The notes beneath the pieces are model-generated. The model had not been told where the DNA came from and made no database searches. It saw nothing but the letters and a program-made list of their open reading frames with translations. A DNA stretch of 64,000 nucleotides from a virus: the IMG/VR virus record IMGVR_UViG_3300043783_000034, positions 1-64,000 of that record, one strand, 5' to 3'. The number at the start of each line of letters is the position of its first letter. Position 1 is the first letter of the stretch. Below, in pieces: positions 18,060 to 28,318 of the stretch. A program made the position numbers and the translations under genes.

Positions 18060-19382
18060 ATGATGATGCCAGCACTTACCACTGTGCCGAATAGCGCCAT
18101 TCCGCTCACCTACCGCAAGCGGGTGTCGCCGGCCGGCGATGAAAAGTTTTCCGCAGCTGGCATCCTGTTTGTGCTTCCGGATGGCCGTGGCCTTTTCTTG
18201 AAGCGCGGGGCCGATTGTGACCACCCGGGCGAGTGGTGCCTGCCTGGCGGCCGTATGGAGCAGGACGAAGACACCCATGAGGCTGCGCGTCGGGAAACGC
18301 TTGAGGAAACAGGTCATCTTCCCAAGTGGGAGCTCGCGCCGATCGATCGCACAACGTCGCATGATGGCGTGGATTTCACGACGTTCGGCCAACCGCTCGG
18401 TACGGAATTCGACCCGGTTCTGAATGACGAGTACGTCGAGGCAAAGTGGGCGCCGCTGCGCGATCCGCCAAAGCCGCTGCACCCGGGCTTGGCGGCGACA
18501 TTGGCGAAGTTCCTTGGCGCGGGTGATGCGATCCAAACGCCAGACGACGGCGACGCCATAGATGATGCTGCCGTCGAGGAAGCACTCGCCCAAGCCCAAG
18601 GCGGCAGCAATATCGATGCCGCACTGACCGATGACGGCGATCCGGCACTTGAAAGCCTCTTGAATGATTTCAAGATGGCGACAGGCGGCCGCGAACCGAA
18701 CCAGCAGGAAGACGAGACGCTGCGGATGCAGGCCAAAGGCGCGGTCGGTGACACCGCAGCTCTTGTGCAAGATTCGACGCCGCTGCCGCTGATGCTCGCG
18801 CTCGACGAGGCGTCAGTGCGCCAGATTGATGACGATGGCCGCATGCATGTCATGGTCTCAAACATCAGCAAGGCGAACGTCTGCCCGTACCGAGGAAAGG
18901 AGATCCCGGGTGCCGAGGCTCTCGGCCTCGAACCCGAGCGCATCTATTTCATGCTGCGCGATCCGGAAGAACTCAAGAAGGCCGCACCGACGCTCAACCG
19001 CGTGCAGCTTCTTCGTGAACACACGCCCGTCGATGCCGACGACCACAAGCCCTGGGACGTAGTCGGCGCTATGGGCTCGAGCGCCGAATGGGTTGCGCCC
19101 TATGTGCGCAATGATTTCGCGATCTGGTCAGCGAACGATATAGCCGACGTGCAATCCGGCAAGAAAAAGGAACTGTCGGCGGGCTATCACTACGATCCGG
19201 ACATGACCAGCGGCGAGTTCAACGGCATCCACTATGACGGCGTGATGCGCAATATCCGATTTAATCACGTAGCTCTTGTGGAGGAGGGACGTGTGGGACC
19301 CGACGTCGTAGTGCAGGACAGCGTCGACGGCCTGCAATGGTCGGCGATCGAGGCAGCGCTCGACGCGCTGGCCGCCGCATGA
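18060..19382 (+). CDS. NUDIX hydrolase fused to DUF2213 putative prohead protease
   Basis: GG-x5-E...AARRETLEETG Nudix box; ISKANVCPY, ELSAGY, NHVALVEEGR. Confidence 0.88.
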   Translation: MMMPALTTVPNSAIPLTYRKRVSPAGDEKFSAAGILFVLPDGRGLFLKRGADCDHPGEWCLPGGRMEQDEDTHEAARRETLEETGHLPKWELAPIDRTTSHDGVDFTTFGQPLGTEFDPVLNDEYVEAKWAPLRDPPKPLHPGLAATLAKFLGAGDAIQTPDDGDAIDDAAVEEALAQAQGGSNIDAALTDDGDPALESLLNDFKMATGGREPNQQEDETLRMQAKGAVGDTAALVQDSTPLPLMLALDEASVRQIDDDGRMHVMVSNISKANVCPYRGKEIPGAEALGLEPERIYFMLRDPEELKKAAPTLNRVQLLREHTPVDADDHKPWDVVGAMGSSAEWVAPYVRNDFAIWSANDIADVQSGKKKELSAGYHYDPDMTSGEFNGIHYDGVMRNIRFNHVALVEEGRVGPDVVVQDSVDGLQWSAIEAALDALAAA

Positions 19383-19648
19383 CGGACGGCACGCCCGGCG
19401 AATGCGACATCAAACCTCCGTTGCGGGTCAACGTAAAAGACCTGCGTACGGTGATGGGCCTAAGCCAGATCCAGTTCGCGCGTCGGTTTGGCTTCACGCT
19501 GGCGACGCTGCGGCAGTGGGAGCAGGACCGCCGCTTGCCAAGCGCGTCGGCGCGCGCGCTGCTCGCGGTGATCGCCTACAATCCCGGTGTGGTCATCCAA
19601 GCGCTGGCGAATTACGTGCAGCCGGTCCCGGAGCAAAGGCGAGTGTGA
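19379..19648 (+). CDS. HigA/XRE-like HTH protein
   Basis: LSQIQFARRFGFTLATLRQWEQDRRLP. Confidence 0.8.
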   Translation: MTDGTPGECDIKPPLRVNVKDLRTVMGLSQIQFARRFGFTLATLRQWEQDRRLPSASARALLAVIAYNPGVVIQALANYVQPVPEQRRV

Positions 19649-19908
19649 TGCAAGCTGGCCGCATTGATAACGCCACCCGCGTGCTGTTCGCGCCCAGTGA
19701 CTGGGACAAGGAAAAGCACGGGACCTGTGGCAGTCTCGCTGTCCGTGACGAGAAGACGACCGCCGGTATGGTGATGACGAGCGCATGGTTTCCGACCGAA
19801 AGAGAGATCGATCGCATCCGCGCCGGCGCTCCGATTTACCTGAGTATAATCGGAGAGGTGCACCCGCCCGTCTCTATGTCAGTCGGACCGCCGCCGCGCG
19901 CGTCCTAA
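19648..19908 (+). CDS. Hypothetical phage protein
   Basis: APSDWD..CGSL, SAWFPT, HPPVS; translationally coupled. Confidence 0.65.
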   Translation: MQAGRIDNATRVLFAPSDWDKEKHGTCGSLAVRDEKTTAGMVMTSAWFPTEREIDRIRAGAPIYLSIIGEVHPPVSMSVGPPPRAS

Positions 19909-19987
19909 CGCGCTGACGCACTATCGCCTTAAAACTTTTTCCGCCATTGATTGCGCCATCACGTGGAATCCCGCGCGGGATTTGGGG

Positions 19988-21121
19988 ATGACGACGCTCG
20001 GCGAAGCCCTTCGGGCGAAATACAAGTCTCCCCGTGCGGCCATGGAGGCCCTCGGCCTCGACGCGGCGCTCCTCGGCGCCAGCAAGCAGGAGACGAAGTG
20101 CATGCCCGCCACCGCCGTCCGCCCGACCCGCATTGCGGCAATGACCCTCGGATTTACCGCACGCGCCGTTCGGCCGCTGCTGGCGATGGATGCCAAGATC
20201 GAGTTGATGCCGATCTTTCAAAACCTGACGACGAAGAATTTCAAGGATCGCAAGCCGGCGATCATCAATGAGCTCAAGGCGCTGCTCAAGGGCAAGACGA
20301 TCGCCCAAGACGCCGACCTGACGCATGTCGAGCACCTCCTCGGACGCATGGAAAATGCGGCCATGAAGGAGCCGAAGTCGGCCGACGAGTCGGTGAGCGA
20401 ACCCCAGCACAAGGCGATGGAAGCCGCAGCGCACGGCAACAGCAATCTCGGCATTCCAGAGAATGTCGGTCGCGAGTTCTCGCAGGCGGACAAGGGCAAA
20501 GGCTTCGACTCCGAAGCGTTCAGCGCGCACATGCGCGGCAAGGGCTTCGGCGAGGATGCGATCAAGGAAGCATGCGACTACATGGGCATGCACGCCAAGG
20601 ACGAAATGCCGGGAAATGCGCTCGACGAGAGCGACGAGGAAAAGCGCAAGCGCGAGGAAGACGAGGCCAAAACGAAAAAGGAGAAGGAAGCCGAAGACGC
20701 CCGCGCGCGCGACGCTGCCATGCATGGCAAGGACAATAAGGACATGGGCGCCGACAGCAAGAAGTTCCTCACTCAGGATCAGGCCGACCAGGCGATCGCG
20801 ACCGCCATCAAGGCGAACAACGAACGCCACGCCGGCATCGCCAAGGCGCGCGAGGACGTGCGGCCTTATGTCGGCGATCTCACGATGGCCTTCGACACTG
20901 CCGACGGCGTCTACCGCCAGGCCTGCAAGATGCGGGGTATCGCCGATGTCGACGATCTGCCCGGCAAGGCGTGCCTCCTGATTCTCAAGCAGCAGCCGAC
21001 CGAGGGCGAGCGCCGCGGGGCCAGCGCCTTCGCATTCGATTCCGCCCTCTCCACCGACGCCACGAAGTCGGCGGACCTGCGCAAACAGTTCGGCCTCGAC
21101 CGCGTCACAGCGATGAAGTGA
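19988..21121 (+). CDS. Capsid scaffolding protein
   Basis: Charged, helical; position; VRPYVG...AFD. Confidence 0.75.
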   Translation: MTTLGEALRAKYKSPRAAMEALGLDAALLGASKQETKCMPATAVRPTRIAAMTLGFTARAVRPLLAMDAKIELMPIFQNLTTKNFKDRKPAIINELKALLKGKTIAQDADLTHVEHLLGRMENAAMKEPKSADESVSEPQHKAMEAAAHGNSNLGIPENVGREFSQADKGKGFDSEAFSAHMRGKGFGEDAIKEACDYMGMHAKDEMPGNALDESDEEKRKREEDEAKTKKEKEAEDARARDAAMHGKDNKDMGADSKKFLTQDQADQAIATAIKANNERHAGIAKAREDVRPYVGDLTMAFDTADGVYRQACKMRGIADVDDLPGKACLLILKQQPTEGERRGASAFAFDSALSTDATKSADLRKQFGLDRVTAMK

Positions 21122-21146
21122 CCCCTCTCACCAGGAGCGACGGACC

Positions 21147-22115
21147 ATGAGTGGCTTCCAGACTCAGGTTTATAATCAAGAAGCCCAGGCGGTCGCGGGC
21201 GACTTCGCGTCGATGAACCAATATATGACGCACCCAGCTGGCCCGGGGGGCCTCATCGCTGGCGCGTCGGGCGTCACCATCGGCGCCTTCGCTTGGACGG
21301 CGCCGCCGGATGACCCGAACGGTGCCAATCAGATCGTCAACAGCTTCGGCAATGGCGGAAATGTCGCTGGCTTCGTATTGCGCAATCAGCAGGGCCTCAA
21401 CACGGCCTTCCTAAGCGATGCCGGAATGGTCATCCAGAAGGGCTCGCCCGTCACACTGATGACCGAAGGCGACTACTGGATCGTAAACAATGGCACGACC
21501 GAAGCCGTGCCGGGCCAGAAGGCCTATGCCAACTTCTCGAACGGCCTTGCCAGTTTTGCCGCCGCAAACACGCCGTCGACCGGCGCAACGGCGACCGGAT
21601 CCAGCATCGCGGCCGAGACATTCTCGGTCACAGGCTCGATCGCGAACGATGTGCTGTACGTCACCGTGGTCGGGTCCGGTACCGTCTATCCCGGCGCGAC
21701 GATCAGCGGCACCGGCATCACGACTGGCACGCAGATCATATCGCAGCTCACCGGCACCACCGGTGGCGTCGGCACGTACCTCGTCAATTACGGCCAGCAG
21801 ACCGTGGCCTCGACCACCGTGTCGGGAACCTACGGCCTGATGACGATCGGCACGCTCACTTCGACCGCCACCTTCGCGGTCGGCCAGGTCCTCAACGTCA
21901 GCGGTGCCGTGGTGGCGAACACCACGATCACTGCCAACGTCACCGGTAGCGGCGGCACGGGTGGGACTATGGTGGTCAGCAACAACACAGTGGTGTCGAG
22001 CCAGACCATTTCCTCGGTGAGCAATGTGGAGACGAAATGGTATGCAGTTAGCGCCGCAGTTGCCGGGGGTCTGGTCAAGATTTCGAGTTGGATCGGAACG
22101 CAACTGCAAGCGTAA
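21147..22115 (+). CDS. Head decoration/cement protein with two inserted Thr/Gly domains
   Basis: FQTQV, GDFAS, GDYW, ETKW; directly before the capsid gene. Confidence 0.8.
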   Translation: MSGFQTQVYNQEAQAVAGDFASMNQYMTHPAGPGGLIAGASGVTIGAFAWTAPPDDPNGANQIVNSFGNGGNVAGFVLRNQQGLNTAFLSDAGMVIQKGSPVTLMTEGDYWIVNNGTTEAVPGQKAYANFSNGLASFAAANTPSTGATATGSSIAAETFSVTGSIANDVLYVTVVGSGTVYPGATISGTGITTGTQIISQLTGTTGGVGTYLVNYGQQTVASTTVSGTYGLMTIGTLTSTATFAVGQVLNVSGAVVANTTITANVTGSGGTGGTMVVSNNTVVSSQTISSVSNVETKWYAVSAAVAGGLVKISSWIGTQLQA

Positions 22116-22174
22116 CGTCGGCGCGCGCGCAGGAACACAGGAGCCCGACAGCGGGCGAACGGGGAGCACGGACG

Positions 22175-23311
22175 ATGTTGGACCTCGAGCGCAAGATGGC
22201 TTTCGACTCGGTCGGCGACGCCCGCGTCGCTTTCCAAGCCATCAAGCAGGATCTGGCGACGAGGGGCATCGTGCTTCCGCCCCAGATGCAGCGATTCCTG
22301 ACGACACGCGAGATCGAGCAGGACGTGCTCGCGATGGACGCCGCGAGCGGGTTGCCCGGTCCGCTCTCGACCGATCCGAACTCGGCCATTCCGTGGATGC
22401 TGACCACCGCGATCGACCCGGAGATCATCCGCGTCATCTTCTCACCGCTGGCCTTCGCCGAGATCCTCGGCGAGCGAAAGGCCGGTGTGTGGACCGAACA
22501 GCAGCGCATGTTCCCGATCGTGGAGTCGACGGGTGAAGTCTCCAGCTATGGCGATTTCAACAACAACGGTCGCGCGGGCGCGAACTACAACTATCCGTTC
22601 TTCCAGTCGTACCTGTTCCAGAGCATTCTGAAGTACGGTGAACTTGAGATCGATCGCGTCGGCCTCATGAAGATCAATTACGTGTCGGAACTCGGCCTCG
22701 CGTGCGCCGACCTGCTCAACCGCTTTCAAAATCTGTCCTATGCGTTCGGCGTGCAGAACCTGCAGAATTACGGGATCCTCAACAATCCGTATCTGTCTGC
22801 CGCGCTGACGCCCGCCGTAAAGGCGTGGGGTGGCACAGGATGGTTCGATAACGGATCGCCAGCCGCCACCGCGAACGAAGTCTACAATGACATCATTGCG
22901 ATAATAACGCAGCTTGTCGCGCAGACCAACGGCGCACTCGACATCAACTCTCCGATGACGCTGGCGTTGAGCCCGAACAGCATGATTGGCATGACGTTCG
23001 CAAATTCCTTCGGTGTCTTCGTGAAGGCGCTGCTCAAGGAAGGCTATCCGAATCTCAAGATCAAGCAGGCGCCGCAGTACGGCACCCAGACGGCGAACAA
23101 TCCGCAGGGCTATTCGACTGCCGGCAATGTCGTGCAGCTCATCGCCGACAAGATCCAGAACCAGACGGTCGCGTATGCGGCCTATAACGAGAAGCTTCGC
23201 GCGCACAAGATCGTGCCAGAACTCTCGGCCTGGATGCAAAAGCAGACGTCCGGAACGTGGGGGACGATCCTGCGCTCGCCAGTCGCCGTCGTTACTATGA
23301 TCGGTGTTTAA
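22175..23311 (+). CDS. Major capsid protein (DUF2184-like)
   Basis: E.TGEVSSYGD, QKQTSGTWG; size and position. Confidence 0.9.
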   Translation: MLDLERKMAFDSVGDARVAFQAIKQDLATRGIVLPPQMQRFLTTREIEQDVLAMDAASGLPGPLSTDPNSAIPWMLTTAIDPEIIRVIFSPLAFAEILGERKAGVWTEQQRMFPIVESTGEVSSYGDFNNNGRAGANYNYPFFQSYLFQSILKYGELEIDRVGLMKINYVSELGLACADLLNRFQNLSYAFGVQNLQNYGILNNPYLSAALTPAVKAWGGTGWFDNGSPAATANEVYNDIIAIITQLVAQTNGALDINSPMTLALSPNSMIGMTFANSFGVFVKALLKEGYPNLKIKQAPQYGTQTANNPQGYSTAGNVVQLIADKIQNQTVAYAAYNEKLRAHKIVPELSAWMQKQTSGTWGTILRSPVAVVTMIGV

Positions 23312-23347
23312 CCGGCGCGGCTCATCACTTTTAGGAGCATTGATAAA

Positions 23348-24043
23348 TTGAGCGACAACTTCAAGCGCCCGTGCGCAAGCTGCGGTAACCCCGTCCACCG
23401 CATGTCGAAGGTCTGCAAGGTTTGCGGCCACGCCTCGCCGTGGGTACCCAGCCCGCAGCCGGAGCTCGGGAAGCCTCCCGAAGCTGCGCCGCCCGCTGCT
23501 CCTGCCCCGCCGCGCGCCCCCGAGGCGCCGGCTGTCCAGTCCGCACTGAAGGCGCCGCGCACTGTCACGGTGGCCTGCAAGTTCCCAGGCGGCATGCGCC
23601 TGCAGCTTTCCCGCCCCGAGCAACGATTCGAGCCCATTATGGGCGGCGGCACGCGGGAATACACCGTCTACATTCCGACCGGGCGGCCGTGGTTCGTGAG
23701 CGGCCCCGCCTATCCGGTCGGCGTCGTCCCGACGGGCTTTCCCAAGGCGCCTGAAGTCGAAGGCGGCATGGCGCTCACGCATGGCATTCCAGCCGACTTC
23801 TGGGAGCAATGGGTCGAGCAGCACAAGCGGGCCGAATACGTTGTCAGTGGAATCATCTTCGCGCTGCCGAACGCCGAGGACGCCGCCATCAAGGCGCGCG
23901 AGCATGAGAAGGAATTGTGCGGACTCGAACCCCTCAGTCTCGACGAGGACGAGAAGGGCAAGCTCAAGGATCCGCGTGTGCCGAAGCCGATCAATCTCGC
24001 CGTGGCGAAGCTCGCGACCGAACAACGTACGGCTGCAGGGTAA
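23348..24043 (+). CDS. Head-associated protein with N-terminal Zn ribbon
   Basis: CxxC x2; TVTVACKFPGG; GLEPL. Confidence 0.7.
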   Translation: MSDNFKRPCASCGNPVHRMSKVCKVCGHASPWVPSPQPELGKPPEAAPPAAPAPPRAPEAPAVQSALKAPRTVTVACKFPGGMRLQLSRPEQRFEPIMGGGTREYTVYIPTGRPWFVSGPAYPVGVVPTGFPKAPEVEGGMALTHGIPADFWEQWVEQHKRAEYVVSGIIFALPNAEDAAIKAREHEKELCGLEPLSLDEDEKGKLKDPRVPKPINLAVAKLATEQRTAAG

Positions 24044-24051
24044 CTGGGCCG

Positions 24052-24558
24052 ATGCAATGGCCGATCCCGCCCGTTCCACCGGTCGCGTTCGTCTATCAGA
24101 CTTGGGTGGGGATGTTTTCGGAGTTCGGCTCCGTAAACGATGCTCTCGCGCAAGGGTATTTCCTGCGCGCCTCGATGATCTGCGCAAACTCGACCATAAA
24201 TCCCTTGTTCTGCTACGGCACGTTGCAGACGGTTCTCTATTTGCTGACTGCGCACATTGCCAAATTGAATGCACCCGTCGACGACAACGGCAATCCGACC
24301 ACCGTCGGCCAGCCTAATCCGTCGATCGTCGGCCGCATCAATAGCGCGACGCAAGGATCGGTTTCGGTCCAAGCCGAATGGGGAAATGGATCTTCATTCT
24401 CGCCCACGGAAGCATGGTATCTTCAAACCAAATACGGCGCCGAAGCGTGGACCGGGATGGCGCCGGCACGGACTTTCCGCTATGCAGCGCGGCCGACCCG
24501 AGTGCCGAGCGGTGCTTATCCCGGTGGTGGGGTTGTTTTCGGCCGGTTTGGCCGCTGA
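24052..24558 (+). CDS. Head-tail adaptor (DUF4054-like)
   Basis: LLTAHIA, GRINSATQGSVSV, QTKYG. Confidence 0.85.
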   Translation: MQWPIPPVPPVAFVYQTWVGMFSEFGSVNDALAQGYFLRASMICANSTINPLFCYGTLQTVLYLLTAHIAKLNAPVDDNGNPTTVGQPNPSIVGRINSATQGSVSVQAEWGNGSSFSPTEAWYLQTKYGAEAWTGMAPARTFRYAARPTRVPSGAYPGGGVVFGRFGR

Positions 24559-24570
24559 ACGGAGGCGACG

Positions 24571-24798
24571 ATGGACATCGACGTGCTGGCGCGGCAGGTG
24601 CGCGAACTGACCGCCTTCAAGGACAAATACGAGCCGATGCTCAAGGTCGTTCAGGCCAAATACGATCTCGTGCGCGACAAAACCGAGCGCGAAGCCGATG
24701 CGGAAAAGACGCGCCCGGCCGACGACCCGGACCGCGCTGATCGTGCGCCGCCCCCTACGCCGCCGGCGGCCGAGCCGCAGCCGCAGCCGTCGGCGTAA
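24571..24798 (+). CDS. Hypothetical
   Basis: GGAGG RBS. Confidence 0.6.
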   Translation: MDIDVLARQVRELTAFKDKYEPMLKVVQAKYDLVRDKTEREADAEKTRPADDPDRADRAPPPTPPAAEPQPQPSA

Positions 24799-24851
24799 CG
24801 CTGGCAGCGTCCAGCAACCTCGAACACGTCCTAAACAGACCCACGAGCGCC

Positions 24852-25124
24852 ATGGCACCGCTGCCGGCCCGACGCGAGGCGAAGCCGCTGGTGCATCTTC
24901 CGCGGCCGGCAGAACTCGCCGGTGCGCCCGCCCGCATGCTGCGGACCATGGATCTTGCCGCGTCGATCCAGCACACGATGCGGCGCTATGACAACGTGCT
25001 CGACGCGATCGAGGAAAAGCAGACGCAAATGGCGGCGCACGTTGACGATCTAGAAGCCTACGATCGCGATCTCGACGCGGTTATCAACAAGATGCTCGAG
25101 CCGCCGAAGAACAGCGAGGGTTGA
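24852..25124 (+). CDS. Hypothetical coiled-coil
   Basis: Operon position and composition. Confidence 0.55.
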   Translation: MAPLPARREAKPLVHLPRPAELAGAPARMLRTMDLAASIQHTMRRYDNVLDAIEEKQTQMAAHVDDLEAYDRDLDAVINKMLEPPKNSEG

Positions 25125-25130
25125 CCTGTC

Positions 25131-25385
25131 ATGGATATCCCGGCCCGCTATAAGCACCTCGGCCTCGGCGACGATCACATCCGCCAGGTCCTCGTGCGTC
25201 TCGAGGAACTCGGCCAAGAGGAAGTTGCGGCGCTTATGGCGCGCGACGGTCTTCCGTACGTCTGGCACAACGTCATTCGCATTTGGCGTAAGCAGAAGTT
25301 TGCCGAGAATACCGGCATGTCGAATGTGGAAGATCTAAGCGGGCTTCGTGGGGGAGCAGCGGGGGCGTCCTCGCGCGCGTCGTAA
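25131..25385 (+). CDS. Hypothetical
   Basis: Operon position. Confidence 0.55.
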   Translation: MDIPARYKHLGLGDDHIRQVLVRLEELGQEEVAALMARDGLPYVWHNVIRIWRKQKFAENTGMSNVEDLSGLRGGAAGASSRAS

Positions 25386-25386
25386 A

Positions 25387-25836
25387 ATGGCGACGTTGCG
25401 CGGGGGCGGCGCTTTCGAGGCCAAGCTGCGGCAGATCGCCGAGAGCGTCTCGAAGCCCGGCACACTCCGGGTCGGCTTTCTCGAAAATGCTACTTATCCA
25501 GACGGCAAGCAGGTGGCGATGATCGCCGCGATCCAAGACTTCGGTGCGCCCGGTGTTGGCATCCCACCGCGGCCGTTCTTCCGCAATATGATCGCTGCGA
25601 AACAGAGCGAGTGGCCGAACGCTATCGGCAATCTGCTTAAGGCAAACAATTACGACGCGCCGCGTGCTTTGAGTGTTGCCGGTGCTGGGATCGCCGGACA
25701 GTTGCGTCAGAGCATTATCGAAACAAATTCCCCCCCTCTTTCGCCCACGACCATCGCAAGGAAAGGCCACGCCAAACCGCTGGTTGACACAGGCCACATG
25801 CTGAACTCCGTCGACTTTGAAGTTAAAACGCGGTGA
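25387..25836 (+). CDS. Neck/virion morphogenesis protein
   Basis: IPPRPFFR, KPLVDTGHMLNSV. Confidence 0.85.
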   Translation: MATLRGGGAFEAKLRQIAESVSKPGTLRVGFLENATYPDGKQVAMIAAIQDFGAPGVGIPPRPFFRNMIAAKQSEWPNAIGNLLKANNYDAPRALSVAGAGIAGQLRQSIIETNSPPLSPTTIARKGHAKPLVDTGHMLNSVDFEVKTR

Positions 25837-25930
25837 CCTCAATGTGTCTGTGACGCAGATTGTTTCCCGCGCGGCGTAAAATTATGATCGCGCGCGATTT
25901 TCATCGCTGCGGATCGAGGGGACAACCAAT

Positions 25931-27238
25931 ATGCTCACGAAGCTCCGGGTTGGCATTGCCGCCGTCGCCATCCTCGCCGCAGTGCTGCCCGCGAAGTCGC
26001 AGACCACCGTCCTCGACTTGGTCCCCATTCCGCTCCCGGGCACGAGCAACACCACGCTCAATTCGGAAATGCTCGTGCAGAGCCTCGCGGTTACGGGCGG
26101 CACGCTTTTCATCGTTACCATTCGGCAGCCGGGCGCCGGCGGCGCAATCCTTGGTTCAACCGCATCCTTCGCCGCGTCCGCAAATGCCGCGATCACGCCC
26201 GCGTCGATCACCGGCAGCGTGGCGCCTTTTCCAATTGCTGGCCTCGCAGCTGCGCAGGGAGGCGCCGTCACCGTCACGGGCGGCGCCTCTTCGACGTCAG
26301 CCAATGCTGGCGGGGCCGTTGATCTGACCGGCGGCGCGCCGGGGGCGACCGGCGTTGGCGGCGCCATCGTCATCGCCGGCGCAGCCGGCGGAACGACATC
26401 GGGCGCGGGTGGCGCTGCGAGCGTCACGGGCGGCGCTGGCACGGCAGGCAACTCGTCGGGCGGCATTGCTTCGCTGGTCGGCGGCGCCGGCCAGGGCACC
26501 GCGAACGGCGCCCAGGCGCAGGTCACGGGCGGCGCTTCGGGCGCTGGCCCGACCGGAGCCGGTGGCGCGGTCGTCATCGCCGGCGGCGCGGCGGCTTCGA
26601 CGAACGGCGCGGGCGGCGCGGCGTCGCTGACGGGCGGTGCGGGCGTCGGCACCGGCAACGGCGGCAACGCGACGGTGGCGGGCGGCGCGGCAGGCGCGAC
26701 CGGTACCGGCGGCACTGTTGCGATCACTGCGGGCTCGCCCACGGCTGGCAACGGATCGAGCGTCACCGTGACCGCATCGGCGGGCGCCGGCGGCACCAAC
26801 GGCGGCGGCAGCATCAACCTCGTGCCAGGCGCGGCGGTCTCGACCGGCGCTCCGGGCACCGTGCAGGTCAACGGCAATGCCGGCCTGATCTGCCACAACG
26901 GGACCATTGCCACCGGCTCGGCGTCGACCACGATCTTCATCGCGACGCGGGCGATGCTAATCGAGCAAATCAGCGCAATCTGGTCGGCGGCGGCGGGCGG
27001 CACCAGCACAGCGGGCGTCTATCACGACACGGGCACCAACGCGCCGGGTGGTGGCACCGACATGCTCTCGGCCGACTTCAACCTCAACACCACCGCGAAC
27101 ACCACGAACACCGGCTCGCTGTCGGCGACCGTGGCGACGCTGATGCTGGCTGCTGGCGATCGCATTTCGGTCAAGATGAACAATGCCATTCAGTCGACCA
27201 CTGGCTTAAACTTCACTTTCTGCGCGGCGCCGCAATAA
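25931..27238 (+). CDS. Signal-peptide-bearing glycine-rich fibre/adhesin
   Basis: MLTKLR-hydrophobic-AKS|Q; about 12 GGxVx(I/L)TGG repeats. Confidence 0.75.
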   Translation: MLTKLRVGIAAVAILAAVLPAKSQTTVLDLVPIPLPGTSNTTLNSEMLVQSLAVTGGTLFIVTIRQPGAGGAILGSTASFAASANAAITPASITGSVAPFPIAGLAAAQGGAVTVTGGASSTSANAGGAVDLTGGAPGATGVGGAIVIAGAAGGTTSGAGGAASVTGGAGTAGNSSGGIASLVGGAGQGTANGAQAQVTGGASGAGPTGAGGAVVIAGGAAASTNGAGGAASLTGGAGVGTGNGGNATVAGGAAGATGTGGTVAITAGSPTAGNGSSVTVTASAGAGGTNGGGSINLVPGAAVSTGAPGTVQVNGNAGLICHNGTIATGSASTTIFIATRAMLIEQISAIWSAAAGGTSTAGVYHDTGTNAPGGGTDMLSADFNLNTTANTTNTGSLSATVATLMLAAGDRISVKMNNAIQSTTGLNFTFCAAPQ

Positions 27239-27302
27239 GGAGGCGCTTAAACCCAATTCCCACGACAGCCTCGCGGGATCTCACCAGGGGGAACCTGACA
27301 CC

Positions 27303-27932
27303 ATGAAGCGCGCTTTTCTTCTCCGGAATGCCGCCGTTGCCGCAATGGTGATGGCAAACCCGCATCTTGGCGCCGCAAAGTCGGCACCGTCTGGCCTGCA
27401 GCATCAGCAGCGCCAGTTGATGCCGACTTGGCAGCAGGTCGCCCAAATCCAGCAGATGGCGAACTACGAAGCGCCGATTCTGCAAGGCACTGTCGCCACG
27501 ACCTACAAGAGCAGCGCCCTTGTCTATTCGTCCGGCTCGCGCCGCATCATGGCGTACGAAATCGAGTTCGGTCAGTCGGGCGCCCTGTCGTCGACGGACT
27601 GCCAATGCCAGTGGGACGTCTCGCGCTTTTCCTCGACGAACATCCTCACCGCCACGTCGGTCGTTCCCAACCCGCTCGATCCGGCGGACGGCACTTGCCT
27701 CGCGCTGTTCCTCAACAACGCGACCACGGAACTCACCTACACGACCGCCGGCGTCGGCCTGTCGCTCAAGAATTGGGGCATCAACCAGCGCGGTTCGTAC
27801 CGCTGGCGCGCGTTGGACGATGGCGACAACCTCATCATTCCGGCGACGAACCTCGTCGGCCTCGGCATCCGGACGCTGAGTTCCAATTTCACCGGTAGCG
27901 CAGTTGGCAACCTCTCATTCGTTGAAAGGTAA
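27303..27932 (+). CDS. Putative beta-rich structural protein with N-terminal leader
   Basis: RBS; Ser/Thr-rich body; followed by a strong terminator. Confidence 0.6.
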   Translation: MKRAFLLRNAAVAAMVMANPHLGAAKSAPSGLQHQQRQLMPTWQQVAQIQQMANYEAPILQGTVATTYKSSALVYSSGSRRIMAYEIEFGQSGALSSTDCQCQWDVSRFSSTNILTATSVVPNPLDPADGTCLALFLNNATTELTYTTAGVGLSLKNWGINQRGSYRWRALDDGDNLIIPATNLVGLGIRTLSSNFTGSAVGNLSFVER

Positions 27933-27959
27933 GCGTTTCCGCGCTTCTGTGATCGAACC

Positions 27960-27989
27960 AAAGGGCCCCCTTTCCGGGGCCCTTTTTTT
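27960..27989 (+). terminator. Rho-independent terminator
   Basis: AAAGGGCCCC-ctttcc-GGGGCCCTTT stem running into a U7 tract. Confidence 0.9.
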
Positions 27990-28006
27990 GTGTCAAAGAC
28001 GCACTT

Positions 28007-28318
28007 ATGTCGCGCGATGGTCCCTTGCTCAAGAACAGCCCTGAATGGAAGATTCCGCATGGCCCATCGATCCGCGCCGGTGGTCTTGGTGAGTATTTCA
28101 ATCCGGACGGGACGATCACCGAGGTCTATTCGAGCACCTGCAGCCATTGCCAGCACGTCACCGAGTTTCCGAATCGGCGAAAGATGTTTGAGCATGTCGA
28201 CGTCTGTCGCGGCTGCATGAAATTGATTTGCCTCGGCTGCGCCGGTAAGCCTTGCGTGACTTGGCTCAAGAAGTGCGACATCGAGGAAGCGGTCGCGCGA
28301 CGAAAGATGTTGGGATGA
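28007..28318 (+). CDS. Cys-rich Zn-binding protein
   Basis: CSHC, CRGC, CLGC. Confidence 0.7.
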   Translation: MSRDGPLLKNSPEWKIPHGPSIRAGGLGEYFNPDGTITEVYSSTCSHCQHVTEFPNRRKMFEHVDVCRGCMKLICLGCAGKPCVTWLKKCDIEEAVARRKMLG

